Part shown: positions 22,801-33,111 of the stretch, piece after piece | How positions within the stretch are numbered: position 1 is the stretch's first letter | Layout: each line of letters begins with the position of its first letter | Assembly (NCBI GenBank): GCA_048772705.1 | Contig: JBLWGC010000208.1 | Location: 256,269-320,268 of the forward strand | Direction of reading: 5' to 3' | Length of the DNA: 64,000 nt | DNA from: Leidyana gryllorum EB-2025a | Taxonomy: Eukaryota > Protista > Apicomplexa | The notes under the pieces: model-generated | What the model was told of the DNA's origin: nothing | The model's database searches: none | What the model saw: only the letters and a program-made list of their open reading frames with translations | Position numbers and translations under genes: made by a program

Positions 22801-23221
22801 CTGCCTCCACAGACACTCGACCCGTCACTTCTTTGGGTTTCGCAGCAGCAACAAGTGACGTAACCTTTGCGATCTCCGCCAGCTCCAACTGTCGCGTCCG
22901 AGGGTGAGCTCGGAGTAGCAGGTCAAAAGAACTCAAGTCCCCCTTAAACTCCCACTCTGCGGAATTGTACCGCTTAGTGATCAACTTGAATGAGACATCT
23001 ATGTTCTCCACCCATTCGGCGGCATCGCTCTCAGTCGTCGACACCTCTCTCGCCGTTATCTCCCCAGGGGTACAGTCCGTTGACTGTTTGATTGTGTCTG
23101 CTCCAGGCAGATGTTCATCGCTCTGCAGATCTTCATCGCTCTGAGTGACTTGATGGCCGCTTAGCCATGACTTACCGCGAGTGCTGAACCTATGTGTCTT
23201 CCACATCTCGTTGTCGATCAT
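19874..23221 (-). CDS. Intronless ~1115-aa hypothetical membrane protein with haemagglutinin/CdiA-repeat-like segments (paralogue B)
   Basis: IKNHSSIRATRIAF, IINREATIYSQGSLTIG, IYNSGYIGCDHDIALYGQKVTN, PTIFAGGDLYL; TM hairpin FWAGVVGAVLVLLAGTATWGLLSGLVGLLFYVSLFYALL; start uncertain (TTG 23236 or ATG 23221). Confidence 0.78.
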   Translation of the reverse strand: MIDNEMWKTHRFSTRGKSWLSGHQVTQSDEDLQSDEHLPGADTIKQSTDCTPGEITAREVSTTESDAAEWVENIDVSFKLITKRYNSAEWEFKGDLSSFDLLLRAHPRTRQLELAEIAKVTSLVAAAKPKEVTGRVSVEADGIIWGNGLRFELPTTILTCMRHPNPFESICIEPAEDEEGVKRTHVILTARKATRVDVLSLATIAQCFVGAHNSFSVYSDLYSELFTASFVSPTALYFLDSDNVKRDHFYQSWASVRWTTLPDGHHLILEAKPKLSLPLHQLQQTVLKLLYHRASNRLTTLHVLSDHFNTFETPNPPPLTFGLRVCLVAKTNQDVVLEQPIDTPCEFTLASEKSAVVIKAPISTPSLKIASSCGIKNHSSIRATRIAFRAPTVENSAVNPQTWAQQQTERSEPRPEILAFIKDECDTKAVDIEIVADFIINREATIYSQGSLTIGNPVPPPPPPEASPSREGSPPSAVSMPPAERMAPPIRSHIYNSGYIGCDHDIALYGQKVTNCYERLQSDFHFDHNLWRDAWRDLRRGEAETMVPASLRQQTDGLMYSFPKSIVDPRRGYRLEELEVCQSPAVGAVEWITINGDPSHGRSYVCLASDVKYHQYLEEYTTYRKAREEEKMVAALLMWPRDTVGYVCQTSTGTTFWVPAVLSNLHKADKCPGLCRWLRPKAEVWWHLERQLVAPWYAQYSVHEYRYQVPHFEVATEAQREVLWRSLQQSETPTIFAGGDLYLYTPLIHQAGFMHGRHEMIAIAGMKEVDISSVGVPLRRCCSEKLYSGCTHNLRPQQQSTNESHRDDSHFAPTAMRPFWAGVVGAVLVLLAGTATWGLLSGLVGLLFYVSLFYALLRGSSAREMSLCRLEAPLRASLVSGATPNGGELGVTSRTSTHIVEGGKVYFPLRDLLPKPLSRQLLGSQLKQCHRLCWKGPNARHPPSVGLFDPSCLDKYELSALREILTNMQHHVVERLSAMVFGFPTAEFKMSEAVSLIQKPFQSFSWENETAFNNQFQQYRPADRVTILSAFFTIYLRYAVAGSVCFAGLKRLVAVCTQGASSLGLRDSPATISFKMCREPTHCSETALICLWTHKQQLTDAHERFWGVLCPGLAK

Positions 23222-23647
23222 CACTTCAGGGGTCAATAGTTGCGGAAAATAAAACTTGATGACGAGATTGGCCGTACTTTAAAAACTAACACTCTTAAAG
23301 CCTTCAAGCCCAAAGGCGCGCCAAACTGTCTCCAATCCCAAGATGGCAACGTAAGAACACTGATAGCCTCAACTGTGGCTGCAACTGATATATCGACGCC
23401 GAGATCCCAATAGTTGCCGTGCACACCTCCCCCCCGGCATGACATATCACACACACACACCCCCTCCCCGAACCCACGGACTCATTCTCTGTGACCCATC
23501 CACAGTGGCCTAATCGAAAGTCTCACTACACACGTCCACCTGAGACTACAGCAACATAAATCGAATGACGGGATTGAAGTGACTTGATCGCGTTGAACAG
23601 TGGTTCTTACAATGTGTGTTGTATCTATCCCCTCGATCTGGAATTTG

Positions 23648-25231
23648 TCAGAAGAAAATGGCCACAGACAGAGACCAAATTAAGGGAGGAGTTGTGCTAT
23701 CTATCGGTTTGGGTGGAAACAGTGGCGAGACATTGGACGACTTCTTCCCACGAGTCGCCGAGCGCCTTGCAGCGATTCGCAAACTTAGGCGTCTGACTTT
23801 CTGACGCAAGCGCTCGCGGCGCCCCATCGAACAGTCTCCTTGTGAAACGGGAAGGAGGAGAGCTTCAGCGATTGCTCGAGTGGCCGTCTCACTCGATGGA
23901 ATGAGTGTGATCTCCCCCAAGGGCCCATCGAGTAGAGATCCTCCCAACCCGCAACTGAGAAGATTGATCATGTCTTTGGCGCCTTCAATGAGAACGAATT
24001 CAAGAGACCTCTCCTGGCGATAGTAACGGTACATTCCTTTGCCAACGATGAAAAGGAGATGGCACCCCAATACATAGGGGAAGGCTGCCGATGAGATGAC
24101 AGACGCCGCCAGACACACTTCAACGCCCCCGGGAAACAGAGATAAGGTGAATTCGAGGGCAGTGACAGCTGTATGAACTGTGGCTGCCTGAATCATCCCA
24201 CGCTTGAAACTCTTACTTACACTACTCCAATCGAATGTGGCGTCTCGGGTGAGAACCAGTTGCTGCTGATTCGCGCCGGGCCTCAACAAAGGACCGTTGG
24301 AGACTGATGGACTGTCGTGCACATTTCCGAGTGTTGGAGAGCGACTGTATGATATGGCCAGCGCCGCTTCCACCAAAGGGCACCCGTTCAGATCGTGGTG
24401 ACCTCCACCGCTGGAAGGTATCTCTTGGCCCCGGTCTCCGCTGCCTACACTCGAGTTCTTGGAACTCGGCATTCTGACCCTCTCGAACCACTTTTGTGGC
24501 GTCGTTCGCGACGTCACAGTGTCGTCTGTCAGGACGCAGAGCTCCGACTTTTCGGATGGGCAGTGAGTAACTGTGTGGCCGGGCGGTCTGGCATCCACCG
24601 AACTGACGCGACCACCAGCGAGGAGTGACCTGTGTCGACATTGATCGACGGCACTCTTGAGCCTTCCAGCGCCACTCGATCGGCACTTTCGTCGCCTGTG
24701 GCCCCTCGAGTTCGATATACTCCCCGCCGACTCGTCGTCAAATGAGAGTACTATAGTTTCTAAGCAGAGGGAGAGTTGGATCCTCGGGCTTTCTAACGCC
24801 TTTATCCGGAAACGCCGAGTGGGAGGAGAGAGCATTGCCAGCGGCGTTTCACCGTCGCTCGGAGAGGAGATGCATTGGGCTCGAAGTGCAACTGGAGAGG
24901 TGGGCCGAAGTATTGGTCTTCTGTCCTGGTAGGCTAAGAGGGCATCGTTGTCAATGTGTGAGTTGGAGGGGGTATGGGATGGCGTGGGTTCGTTGAAACA
25001 GTGAATAATAACGGAGAGACGGTCGTCGAACAGACGGTCAGCGTAAGCGAGTGATCCCTGGGGTGGCCAGGGAGTGTGGATTCGCACAGAAGTAGACTTG
25101 GTGGGTGTTCTGGTATCGTCGGTCGCATAGAGTTTGGGTTTGGAATGAGACAGCTCAGCCGCCGCCTGTAATATGGGGTGGCGGGAGTTGTGCGGCCGTG
25201 ATGAATGGATTGATGATCGAGTAGGCACCAT
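23648..25231 (-). CDS. Hypothetical protein (527 aa) with disordered N-terminus and hydrophobic C-terminal region
   Basis: Long ATG ORF; hydrophobic stretches (VEVCLAASVISSAAFPYVLGCHLLFIVG). Confidence 0.6.
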   Translation of the reverse strand: MVPTRSSIHSSRPHNSRHPILQAAAELSHSKPKLYATDDTRTPTKSTSVRIHTPWPPQGSLAYADRLFDDRLSVIIHCFNEPTPSHTPSNSHIDNDALLAYQDRRPILRPTSPVALRAQCISSPSDGETPLAMLSPPTRRFRIKALESPRIQLSLCLETIVLSFDDESAGSISNSRGHRRRKCRSSGAGRLKSAVDQCRHRSLLAGGRVSSVDARPPGHTVTHCPSEKSELCVLTDDTVTSRTTPQKWFERVRMPSSKNSSVGSGDRGQEIPSSGGGHHDLNGCPLVEAALAISYSRSPTLGNVHDSPSVSNGPLLRPGANQQQLVLTRDATFDWSSVSKSFKRGMIQAATVHTAVTALEFTLSLFPGGVEVCLAASVISSAAFPYVLGCHLLFIVGKGMYRYYRQERSLEFVLIEGAKDMINLLSCGLGGSLLDGPLGEITLIPSSETATRAIAEALLLPVSQGDCSMGRRERLRQKVRRLSLRIAARRSATRGKKSSNVSPLFPPKPIDSTTPPLIWSLSVAIFF

Positions 25232-25352
25232 TGTTGAAAAAAGTGTATTTCACGCGATCTGTGGAGTGGATCTACCGGAGTTGGGTACCAATTCCTCTTC
25301 CTTTTGGGGCACACTGGTGTTGATTAGGGGGAAAGAATTGTATAAACTACAT

Positions 25353-26039
25353 TCAGCACAGGCTACTGAGAAGGCGGGACTTGGCTTGGACAAACTCGAC
25401 TTCAGACAGATATCCAGATTGGTAAAGATTCACGACCTTCTCGAGTTGTGTGGCAATGTCACCCCGCAGCGATGTACCAGTCGCAGCAGACCAGGCAGTG
25501 GGGTCATTCTCATCCCCAATGAAGGATCTGCGCGGTGTATTGCGATCATAGCAGAAATCGGCAGCGTGTGGTCGTTCGGCAGCGCCAGAGACAGGTTGCG
25601 GAGTGGACGCTACTGTGGCTGGTGTATGCTGTGTAGTCGGTGAGGTGGAGTTGAGTGCTGGGCTTCTTGGCAGATGTGTGTGACTGTTATTAGCGCTCTT
25701 GTTATTAGGTAAGCGATAATTGCGGAGTTGATCGCAGTTAGCGCACGAAGGCGAGCAGGGCACGATGAAATCGACATTCCATTCACTCGAAATAGTGATC
25801 GAGGGCGAAGACGCCTCTGCACTTGTAGCTGGTAAACTTAGGACTCGTTTGTCAAGGAGCTTTTGGCTCAACTCGGATTGGCGGACAAAGAATCGCAGTC
25901 GGCAAATTGAACTGACGCCTTTGTCTCTATGGGAGGTCTCCAGAAAAGCCCGGATAAGCTGCCCAATAGTGACTTCACGGTCCAGCTCCAAGGACCATAC
26001 TCTATTATTAATATCAGGATCTTTGACTAGAAAGCGCAT
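25353..26039 (-). CDS. Protein with ubiquitin-like N-terminus and C-terminal SHOCT domain
   Basis: MRFLVKD...WSLELDREVTIGQLI...RLRFF (beta-grasp-like); IATQLEKVVNLYQSGYLSEVEFVQAKSRLL matches the SHOCT consensus. Confidence 0.6.
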   Translation of the reverse strand: MRFLVKDPDINNRVWSLELDREVTIGQLIRAFLETSHRDKGVSSICRLRFFVRQSELSQKLLDKRVLSLPATSAEASSPSITISSEWNVDFIVPCSPSCANCDQLRNYRLPNNKSANNSHTHLPRSPALNSTSPTTQHTPATVASTPQPVSGAAERPHAADFCYDRNTPRRSFIGDENDPTAWSAATGTSLRGDIATQLEKVVNLYQSGYLSEVEFVQAKSRLLSSLC

Positions 26040-26135
26040 ACTGTTGTTCGACTGGCAGTGAAATTGACACCTCCTGCTTCCATAATGCACACACCAACCC
26101 TCAAAAAGACACCCCAATAAAACTCTCAGCCACCC

Positions 26136-27408
26136 ATGAAGGTCAACATACACAAGCGAAACCAACGCTTCCTGGGGCAGGTCGAAGTCGACCCAGAAGC
26201 CACAGTCGAGGAGTTCAAGTTGGCCTTCTACCACCAGTGTACGTGAAATACCTCTACCGTTCCCACATCGAGTTTTCTGCAGTCCACTACTATCCAGAAC
26301 GTCAACGTTTCACCACCAAAGACCGTAAGTCGTCTCAACACACACGTTTCGCACGAGAAATCACACTTTAGCACGAGGTCCGGTCGTGTGCGATGGGCGA
26401 TTGAAGGACTATGCTATAGAGGAAGGGTCCGTTCTGTACTTCAAGGATCTCGGAGTGCAAATCAGTTGGCGACTGGTCTTCGTCCTCGAGTATCTCGGAC
26501 CCCTTCTGTTATTCCCCATATTCTATGGACTCCCCCAACTAGTTTACAACCAGCCGGTGACGCACAACCTCACTCAAAAGTAGGTGTATCACACCGCAGC
26601 GTTGATCTTGCTGCTCACTCACTGGACACTGTGCAGACTGGCCTTCTCAATGGTCATGGGACACTTCCTGAAGCGCGAGTTTGAAACCCTGTTCATCCAC
26701 CGCTTTTCAAACGCCACTATGCCGATCATTCGTCTTCCTGTGAACTGTTTCCACTACTGGTGAGTGTATTGTGTGTTGTGTCGGCGGCACTGGCATCCAG
26801 GATCCTTTGTGGGCTTGCGATTGGATACTTTGTATTCCACCCCAAGTATATGGCACCTATTGATTCTCCACTGGTCAACTTTGCTCTGCTCGGCCTATTC
26901 GTGGTAAGGCTGGACGACTGCTCTCTTTGGTCTGTCAAGTCGCTTTCAGCTCTTTGAAGTCCTCAACTTGCAAACGCACGTAGTTCTCCGAGAATTGCGC
27001 CCACGCGGCACTCGCCAGCGCGGGATCCCAAGAGTAAGGAACTCTATACACATCGCTCTCTCCCTTTTCCCAGTCGGGGGCGCTCTTATACCGACACCTT
27101 TCACTCTTCCGCCCCCTCCCCTTTCCAGTATCAACATTTTGTCACAGGGCTGGGGTTTCGATCTGGTATCATGTGCAAACTATTTCTGGGAGTCCCTTGT
27201 GTGGTTGACCTTTGCTATTATGGCGGGAACTTTGACAGCCTGGGTCTTCTTGGTTGTGGCTGTTGGACAGATGACTCAATGGGCTCTCAAGAAACACGGC
27301 TCTTATCGCAAAACGTTCGCGGACTATCCCAAGTAAGTTTCGAGCAGACCCTCTGTGTACTGCAACTCTGACAGGTCACGAAAAGCCATATTCCCGTATA
27401 TACTGTAA
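26136..27408 (+). CDS. TECR: Very-long-chain trans-2,3-enoyl-CoA reductase (TECR/Tsc13), multi-exon
   Basis: YFKDLGVQISWRLVFVLEYLGPL, HFLKREFETLFIHRFSNATMP, GWGFDLVSCANYFWE, QMTQWALKKH...YPK-RKAIFPY. Confidence 0.93.
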
Positions 27409-27444
27409 TTTTACTAGCTTTTTTCCGCTTCAAAACCCATCAAC

Positions 27445-27946
27445 ATGTCCTCCAATATTCAGTTCTGCAAGGAATGGTGAGCTTCTATAGAGTCATTCAT
27501 CACTCCTACCTACCAGCCGCAATGTCCTGCAGCCCAAGGAAGATAAGCAGGCGCGCATGCTGATGCTTCTGTGCCGTACCTGCAATAATGTCACCTACGC
27601 CAACCAGTCTGACCACAGTCAGAATTGTATTGAAGTCCAGAATTTCAATTTCAGCTCGGTGTAAGTGTGGCACAGCCTGCGTCGCTCATTTCCCATCTCG
27701 CACAGAGAGGATGTCAACTCTCATATTCTGCCCGGACTGGACAAAGATCCCACACTCCCACGTCACGCCGATTGGGAATGTCCCAGCTGCGGCAAGAAGG
27801 GCGCTGTCTACTTTCAACTGCCCGAGAGAGTGGCTGACGATGCCATGACATTAGTCTACGTCTGTATCCATTGCACGTTCTATGAGGTGAAGGGCAAAGT
27901 TACCGAGGAGGACGATGATGATGGCATGGAGGATACCGGAATGTGA
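27445..27946 (+). CDS. RPB9: RNA polymerase II subunit RPB9, 3 exons
   Basis: IQFCKECRNVLQPKEDK...CRTC zinc ribbon; DPTLPRHADWECPSCGKKGAVYFQ...MTLVYVCIHC. Confidence 0.93.
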
Positions 27947-28250
27947 CACACAAAGTACAATGAACCACTCGTGGTGGGGACGTTGATATCTACCATATGA
28001 CGGAAGCAACGGAGAACGGGGGGATTCTTCGGATATTCGGACGACTGCGTCCGTCCGTCAGTCCGTCTGCATCCCTCCTTCTCCCATCTCCCAATCTCCC
28101 AATCGCCCAATCGCCCCCTCACCCCTCCCGCGCACTCAAATCGGATCTACAGCGCCCGCGATATAAGAAAGGCTGGCTCAGAACGACGAATTAGGCGTCG
28201 GCTACCGATTGGACTGCGCCCTGCTGCTGGCTGGCCAGCCCATCTCAACA

Positions 28251-30400
28251 TCACTCGCTGGCGCTGTCAATCATAGCAGCCTCTGTGTAGTTGAAGGCAG
28301 GAAGGACATCGTAGTGAGCTACCCAGTCGAACAAACTATTGATCTGGCCTCTCTGAAGGTTTTGCCATAGCCATGGCTCTCCAACGTTGACTACTCCCAC
28401 TTCTTCATATTCCTCCACTGGCAATGAGAGCATTGGAAAGTCTTTGGGGATGGCCGCGACGATTTGTTGATGCAATGTTGCGAACCGTTGGCGAGAATGG
28501 GGACCCAGCGAGTTGAGCGCGAATCGCTGGGGAAGCTTTCCGCACGCCGTCTCGTCTCTCGATATGTACCACGCCTGAGGATCGGGCTCCGCTGTGCAAA
28601 GCTGCATCGGTAAACAGGGCTGAGGATCGTCGACGGCAACGCAGAGGGCCGAAAGTGTGGCCATGGAGTATGTTCCTGTGGCCATCTCCAGCATGGCGTC
28701 TGCCCAGAGCCAGCCGTAGTACGAGAGGTGCCATGGGATCACTTTGACGAGTGTTTGGTACTCGCGGAACACTGTGAAAGCCGTTAGATAAACCCTCAGT
28801 ATATCAGCTGATTGCCATAAAGTGCGGCTCAGAATGATATATTGGATCTGCATTCTTTTGATCACTTTGACCAGATCGCATCCCGCCAAATCATCATCTG
28901 GACACAAAATCATTGTCCGGCGACAGTGACTCGGCCATCGCAATCTTTCTCCTTCTCGATCCCACGTGATGGGAACTCGAGGCTCCACTCTCCGATACCC
29001 GCGCAGTCCATTGGTCAAATCGAGCCATTCTTCGTATTTGAGAACAATCTCTTTCAAGTCGGAACACGCGAGCAGAGACAAAGGCAGCTCGTCAGCCAAA
29101 TAGTCATCCCGATGAACGCAACGGTCTGCGCCGCCCGGGTATTTTCCGCGTAAATGGAACCGACGTGTTCGGGTGACGGCAGTCTGGAGAGCCATCGGAA
29201 ACCCAAAGGACCCGTCGAGTTTGACAAATCGACGCCGCAGTCTCTCTTCGACTTCAACGCTCTCGAGGGTGGGGAGGACTGGAACGCATTGAATGCTCGG
29301 CACAAACTGCAAATGTCGACTCAGGTCGCTCGTTTGCCGCAGGCGTTCGTACGCCTCCGTCCCGGCATACAGCTGCTGCACATCGGTCCATCGGGACAGA
29401 CACCATTTGATTAGGGGTGGAACGTGTTGATTCAAGTAGGCCTGTAGAGTCTTGACTCCCTCAGATAGCTGTTGCACAGAATCGGCGTCCCTGCAGACAG
29501 CGAGTGTGGAGACGGGGTTCGATGGTACATGTTGAGTGCTTACCACACACTGCGGTTGTCGTAGAAGGATATGGATCCATGCTGCTCGAATCCCAAGACT
29601 TGACAAACCTCGTGCCACACTTGGATATCGCCGACGTAGAAACAGTATGGGATACAGCATACAGTCTCCTCTCTTTCATCGACGTCGGCGTCGCATTCGT
29701 CACCCTCAGCGGAGTTTGGATCCGACGGCGGACATTGCAGCGGGACCGTCTTGATCTTCTCCAGGAGTTGGATAACTTCGGAGGAGGACCGGAAGCGTAT
29801 GTGTCCCATGATGGCCCAATTGGCGAGTTTGATGTCTTTGACGAGCATTTCTTCCTCAAAATCCTTCTTTGATGAGAGAGGGGTGCGATCCTCCCAACCG
29901 CCATTGCAGATAAGCTGCGCTTTATTTCGGTCGAATCCCGTGATGTTGAGGTCAGTGTGTAAAGGACAGATGAGAAACTCGAGTTTGGGGACAATGAATT
30001 GGGTTTTGGGGACGAGGAACGTTCCAATTCTGAGTACAGTGAGGGACGGGAGAGTGATAGTGAGGGGTAAATTCAACAAAGCAGCCACTGAGAGGTTGAG
30101 TATGGTGAGATAGGGCGGTTGTGTGGTTAGAATTTCGGTGACGATCGTTAGAATAGGCCATCGCAGTGAGGGTGAGGATACACTGATATATGTTGCCCCT
30201 TTGATGGAACGTTTCAATAAACTCCGACCATAGGGAAGCGCTTTGACGAAAGATGGGATTGGGTCATTATCGTCGATGGTGATGTGTCTTCGCACATAGT
30301 GATGCGCTATCCGGTCGCGTATGGCCTTGTTGAGGAGCGTGAGTCGGGGGAACTCGTGCCAGGAGAGAAAGTCGAGCACTCCATCTATAAATTGCTCCAT
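28251..30400 (-). CDS. F-box-like domain protein, 2 exons
   Basis: N-terminal FIDGVLDFLSWHEFPRLTLLNKAIR resembles an F-box; intron 29491-29543 (GTAAG...TGCAG) joins the two track ORFs in frame (SVW-DADS). Confidence 0.6.
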
Positions 30401-30577
30401 TTTCGGGGTGAAACTTGATAGCCATGATGGTCACCACGTCATTGGTACCGCTTCGGCAGGGTTGGAGGCCAGAATAGTGTTAGGGGTTCGGTCTCCGCTT
30501 CAAGAGTGAGGGACCACAATGGTTTTTTGGGTGTGAATGGAGAGTTTGAGAGTGACGGCCTATAGTGATTAGATAGC

Positions 30578-32968
30578 ATGTTGGCGGCGGCGGCTTCTGA
30601 GACTGCGGAGCCTTCCAACACCAGTCAACCACCCAGCCTCCTTCCTGGAGATTCGACACGACAAAGCCCCTCATTGGTAAGATCCTCCGAGTGAGAGCGA
30701 GAGAACGACTTGTACACACACACGGCGGTCTCCAGATCGGAATACAGCAGCAGCAGCCGAAGGCGCGGTACAATGAAGCTATCGCGTTTTCCTACAAGAA
30801 CTATCTGCGAGCGGTCTCGTGTGCATTGGTCAATATGCTGCCCTTTCAATGGAGAGCTCGACAGTCTAAATGCGTCATGTTGGGGCGACAATATGATATT
30901 GCCTGCCAAAAGGACTATCAAGAATTCATCAGTGACTTTACATCTCGACTTCTTCTGACGTATCGCTGCAAGTTCTCACCTCTACCGTGCACTGACCATC
31001 AGAATGCCGGCGGCGAACTCTCCAATGTACCTTCTCCGAATGAACCTTCCAACATTATGAACCCTCCCCCTCCCCAACGGCGCAAGACATTCGCGGTTTT
31101 TCGCACTCGCTCCACCAGCACTGGGGGCGGCGGCACCGTCCCCGAACCAACGACGACGTCTCTCCCGTTAACCTCAGATGAAGGATGGGGATGTATGATT
31201 CGAGTATTTCAAATGGCTGTCGCTCAGATTGTCATGACACTGACACTCGGACGCAACTGGCGACGGCCCTCTCAGCGGTACATTCTGGGTTACGGCCCGC
31301 CGTCTCTGCAAGAAGCCACCTCCAGTGCCCCCGACAATCGCAGTGTGGACCGACACAGCCAGACCACCAACCCTCCTCCTCCTCCGCCCACTAAACGCTC
31401 CCGATCTCTCCTCTTTGGAGGCTTTCGACTCAACAGACACCCACCCCCGCCTCCGGCATCGTCAGACCCGCCCCCAACTGATCAAGAGCAGGAGCAGTCG
31501 CAGTCGCACACACAAGAGCCTCCGCCACCCGCACAACCCGGCCACTGCACACCTTCACCACGCACATTAGAACCCTCAGTCCTACTCAAAGGACTCGAGA
31601 CCTCTTTCTTGGACACCAGTATATATCCTTGGAACATCGTCCCAGCCCTCTCACTGGTTCGAGACGACCCCTCAGCTCGTTTCAGTGTACACCGAGTGGT
31701 TTGGTTTGGGCATAATGTACTCGGAATAAAGGCAGGCGAGTGGTTTGGGCCCACGAGCTGCGCTCAGTGTATCACACATCTCATCAATGGCTATGAAATC
31801 ATTCATCATTCCATCACATCGCCGCCTGAGCTCGTGTACCCCTTGAAGCTTCACGCTCGCGAAGTACATGCTGTCCATTCCGAGGATGGTATCCTCCCGA
31901 GATATCAGGTAAAGCCCAAACAAATCCACTTTCCCCCGCGTCAGAGCTGCCCGAGCCCCCCTTGCACCCCCACATGTGTCTTTCTCAGTTGATACCGCTT
32001 TTGGAGAGTTTGTTACCCCGAGAACGGTACATCGATCGGCTGCGATCGATAGCCAAATCGCGGAATGGGGCCGTTGACTCTAATCCGTGCTCCCCCGGCG
32101 ACGTTGCTGAAGAGCTGCCTGGAGACTGTGTGCAGCGAATGAAGAGTGTTGACGACGCCGGCGCGGGAGACGAGACAAGTTCGGGAGAAGAAGCTGCGGG
32201 GCGGACCGCTTTTGACAATACTGAGACTGAAGATACGAGTGGGAGGGCTGTTGTACTCTTTATCAGCCTACGGCTTGGATTAACATACTTTAACCTGCGA
32301 TATCAAAAGATGCTGCAATCGTGTTTTCAAATGGAGTGCTTTCAAGGTCTCGCAGGAGGAGGACCCCTCACCAGTGCCTATTGGTTTGTGGCGTGCACTG
32401 ACGAACATTTGTACTATTTGGACCCCCACAGTCCCGTGCAGGTGAGTCAGGGAGAGAAGAGGGGGGAGCCCAATCTTTGTGTGTGCAGCCGGCCATGCTG
32501 AGTGTGTCAGCGGACGCTGAGGTTGAAGTGGTGGACAGCAAGACGTCGGTGTGCAGTGAAGGAGATCTCGACACGGAAATTGATGATCGGCATCATCAAC
32601 GATCGTGTGCTGTTGCCTGTTTGAGATTCAATGACCGAATTTGTCCCAAAGGCGAGGTCGATAACATGTTCTTCCCGCGTTCACCTCACCAACTGCCCTG
32701 GCATTCCCTAAATCCGTCAATGACTCTCGTATTCCTCGTCAAGGTAAACCAATAACGGGTTAGCCATTTGTGTCATTCTCCCTCCTTCCCTGACCTCTCA
32801 ATACTCCTTTCTTTGGTGCAGTCGGTGGCAGAGTTCGAAACGCTGTTGGGGGATCTGGAGAGAGTGGACACGGAGCACTGCCTGGACATACAGAACGACC
32901 CCCCGTTTTCTCGACCAGAGGTGGATTCCTCCAAACCATATGAGGATGACGGATTCTTCGTACTCTAG
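30578..32968 (+). CDS. ATG4: Autophagy cysteine protease ATG4 (peptidase C54), multi-exon
   Basis: LLLTYRCKF, TSDEGWGCMIRVFQM (catalytic Cys), GEWFGPT, LYYLDPH (Asp/His), LNPSMTLVF. Confidence 0.92.
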
Positions 32969-33111
32969 CGAGAGAGGCGAGCGAAAGAGAGACATACACA
33001 AAGAAGGAACTGACTCCTTCGACGACCATCCCTTCCACCCCTCACCCTTTCCTTCCTCAAAGCCTTTTCCCCTCCTTCCTCCTCCTGTGGTAGTTAGTAA
33101 AATTCGTGAAT

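Noticed and set aside
29540-29660. Programmed frameshift or overlapping genes
   Set aside because: Explained by a canonical 53-nt GT-AG intron that joins the frames
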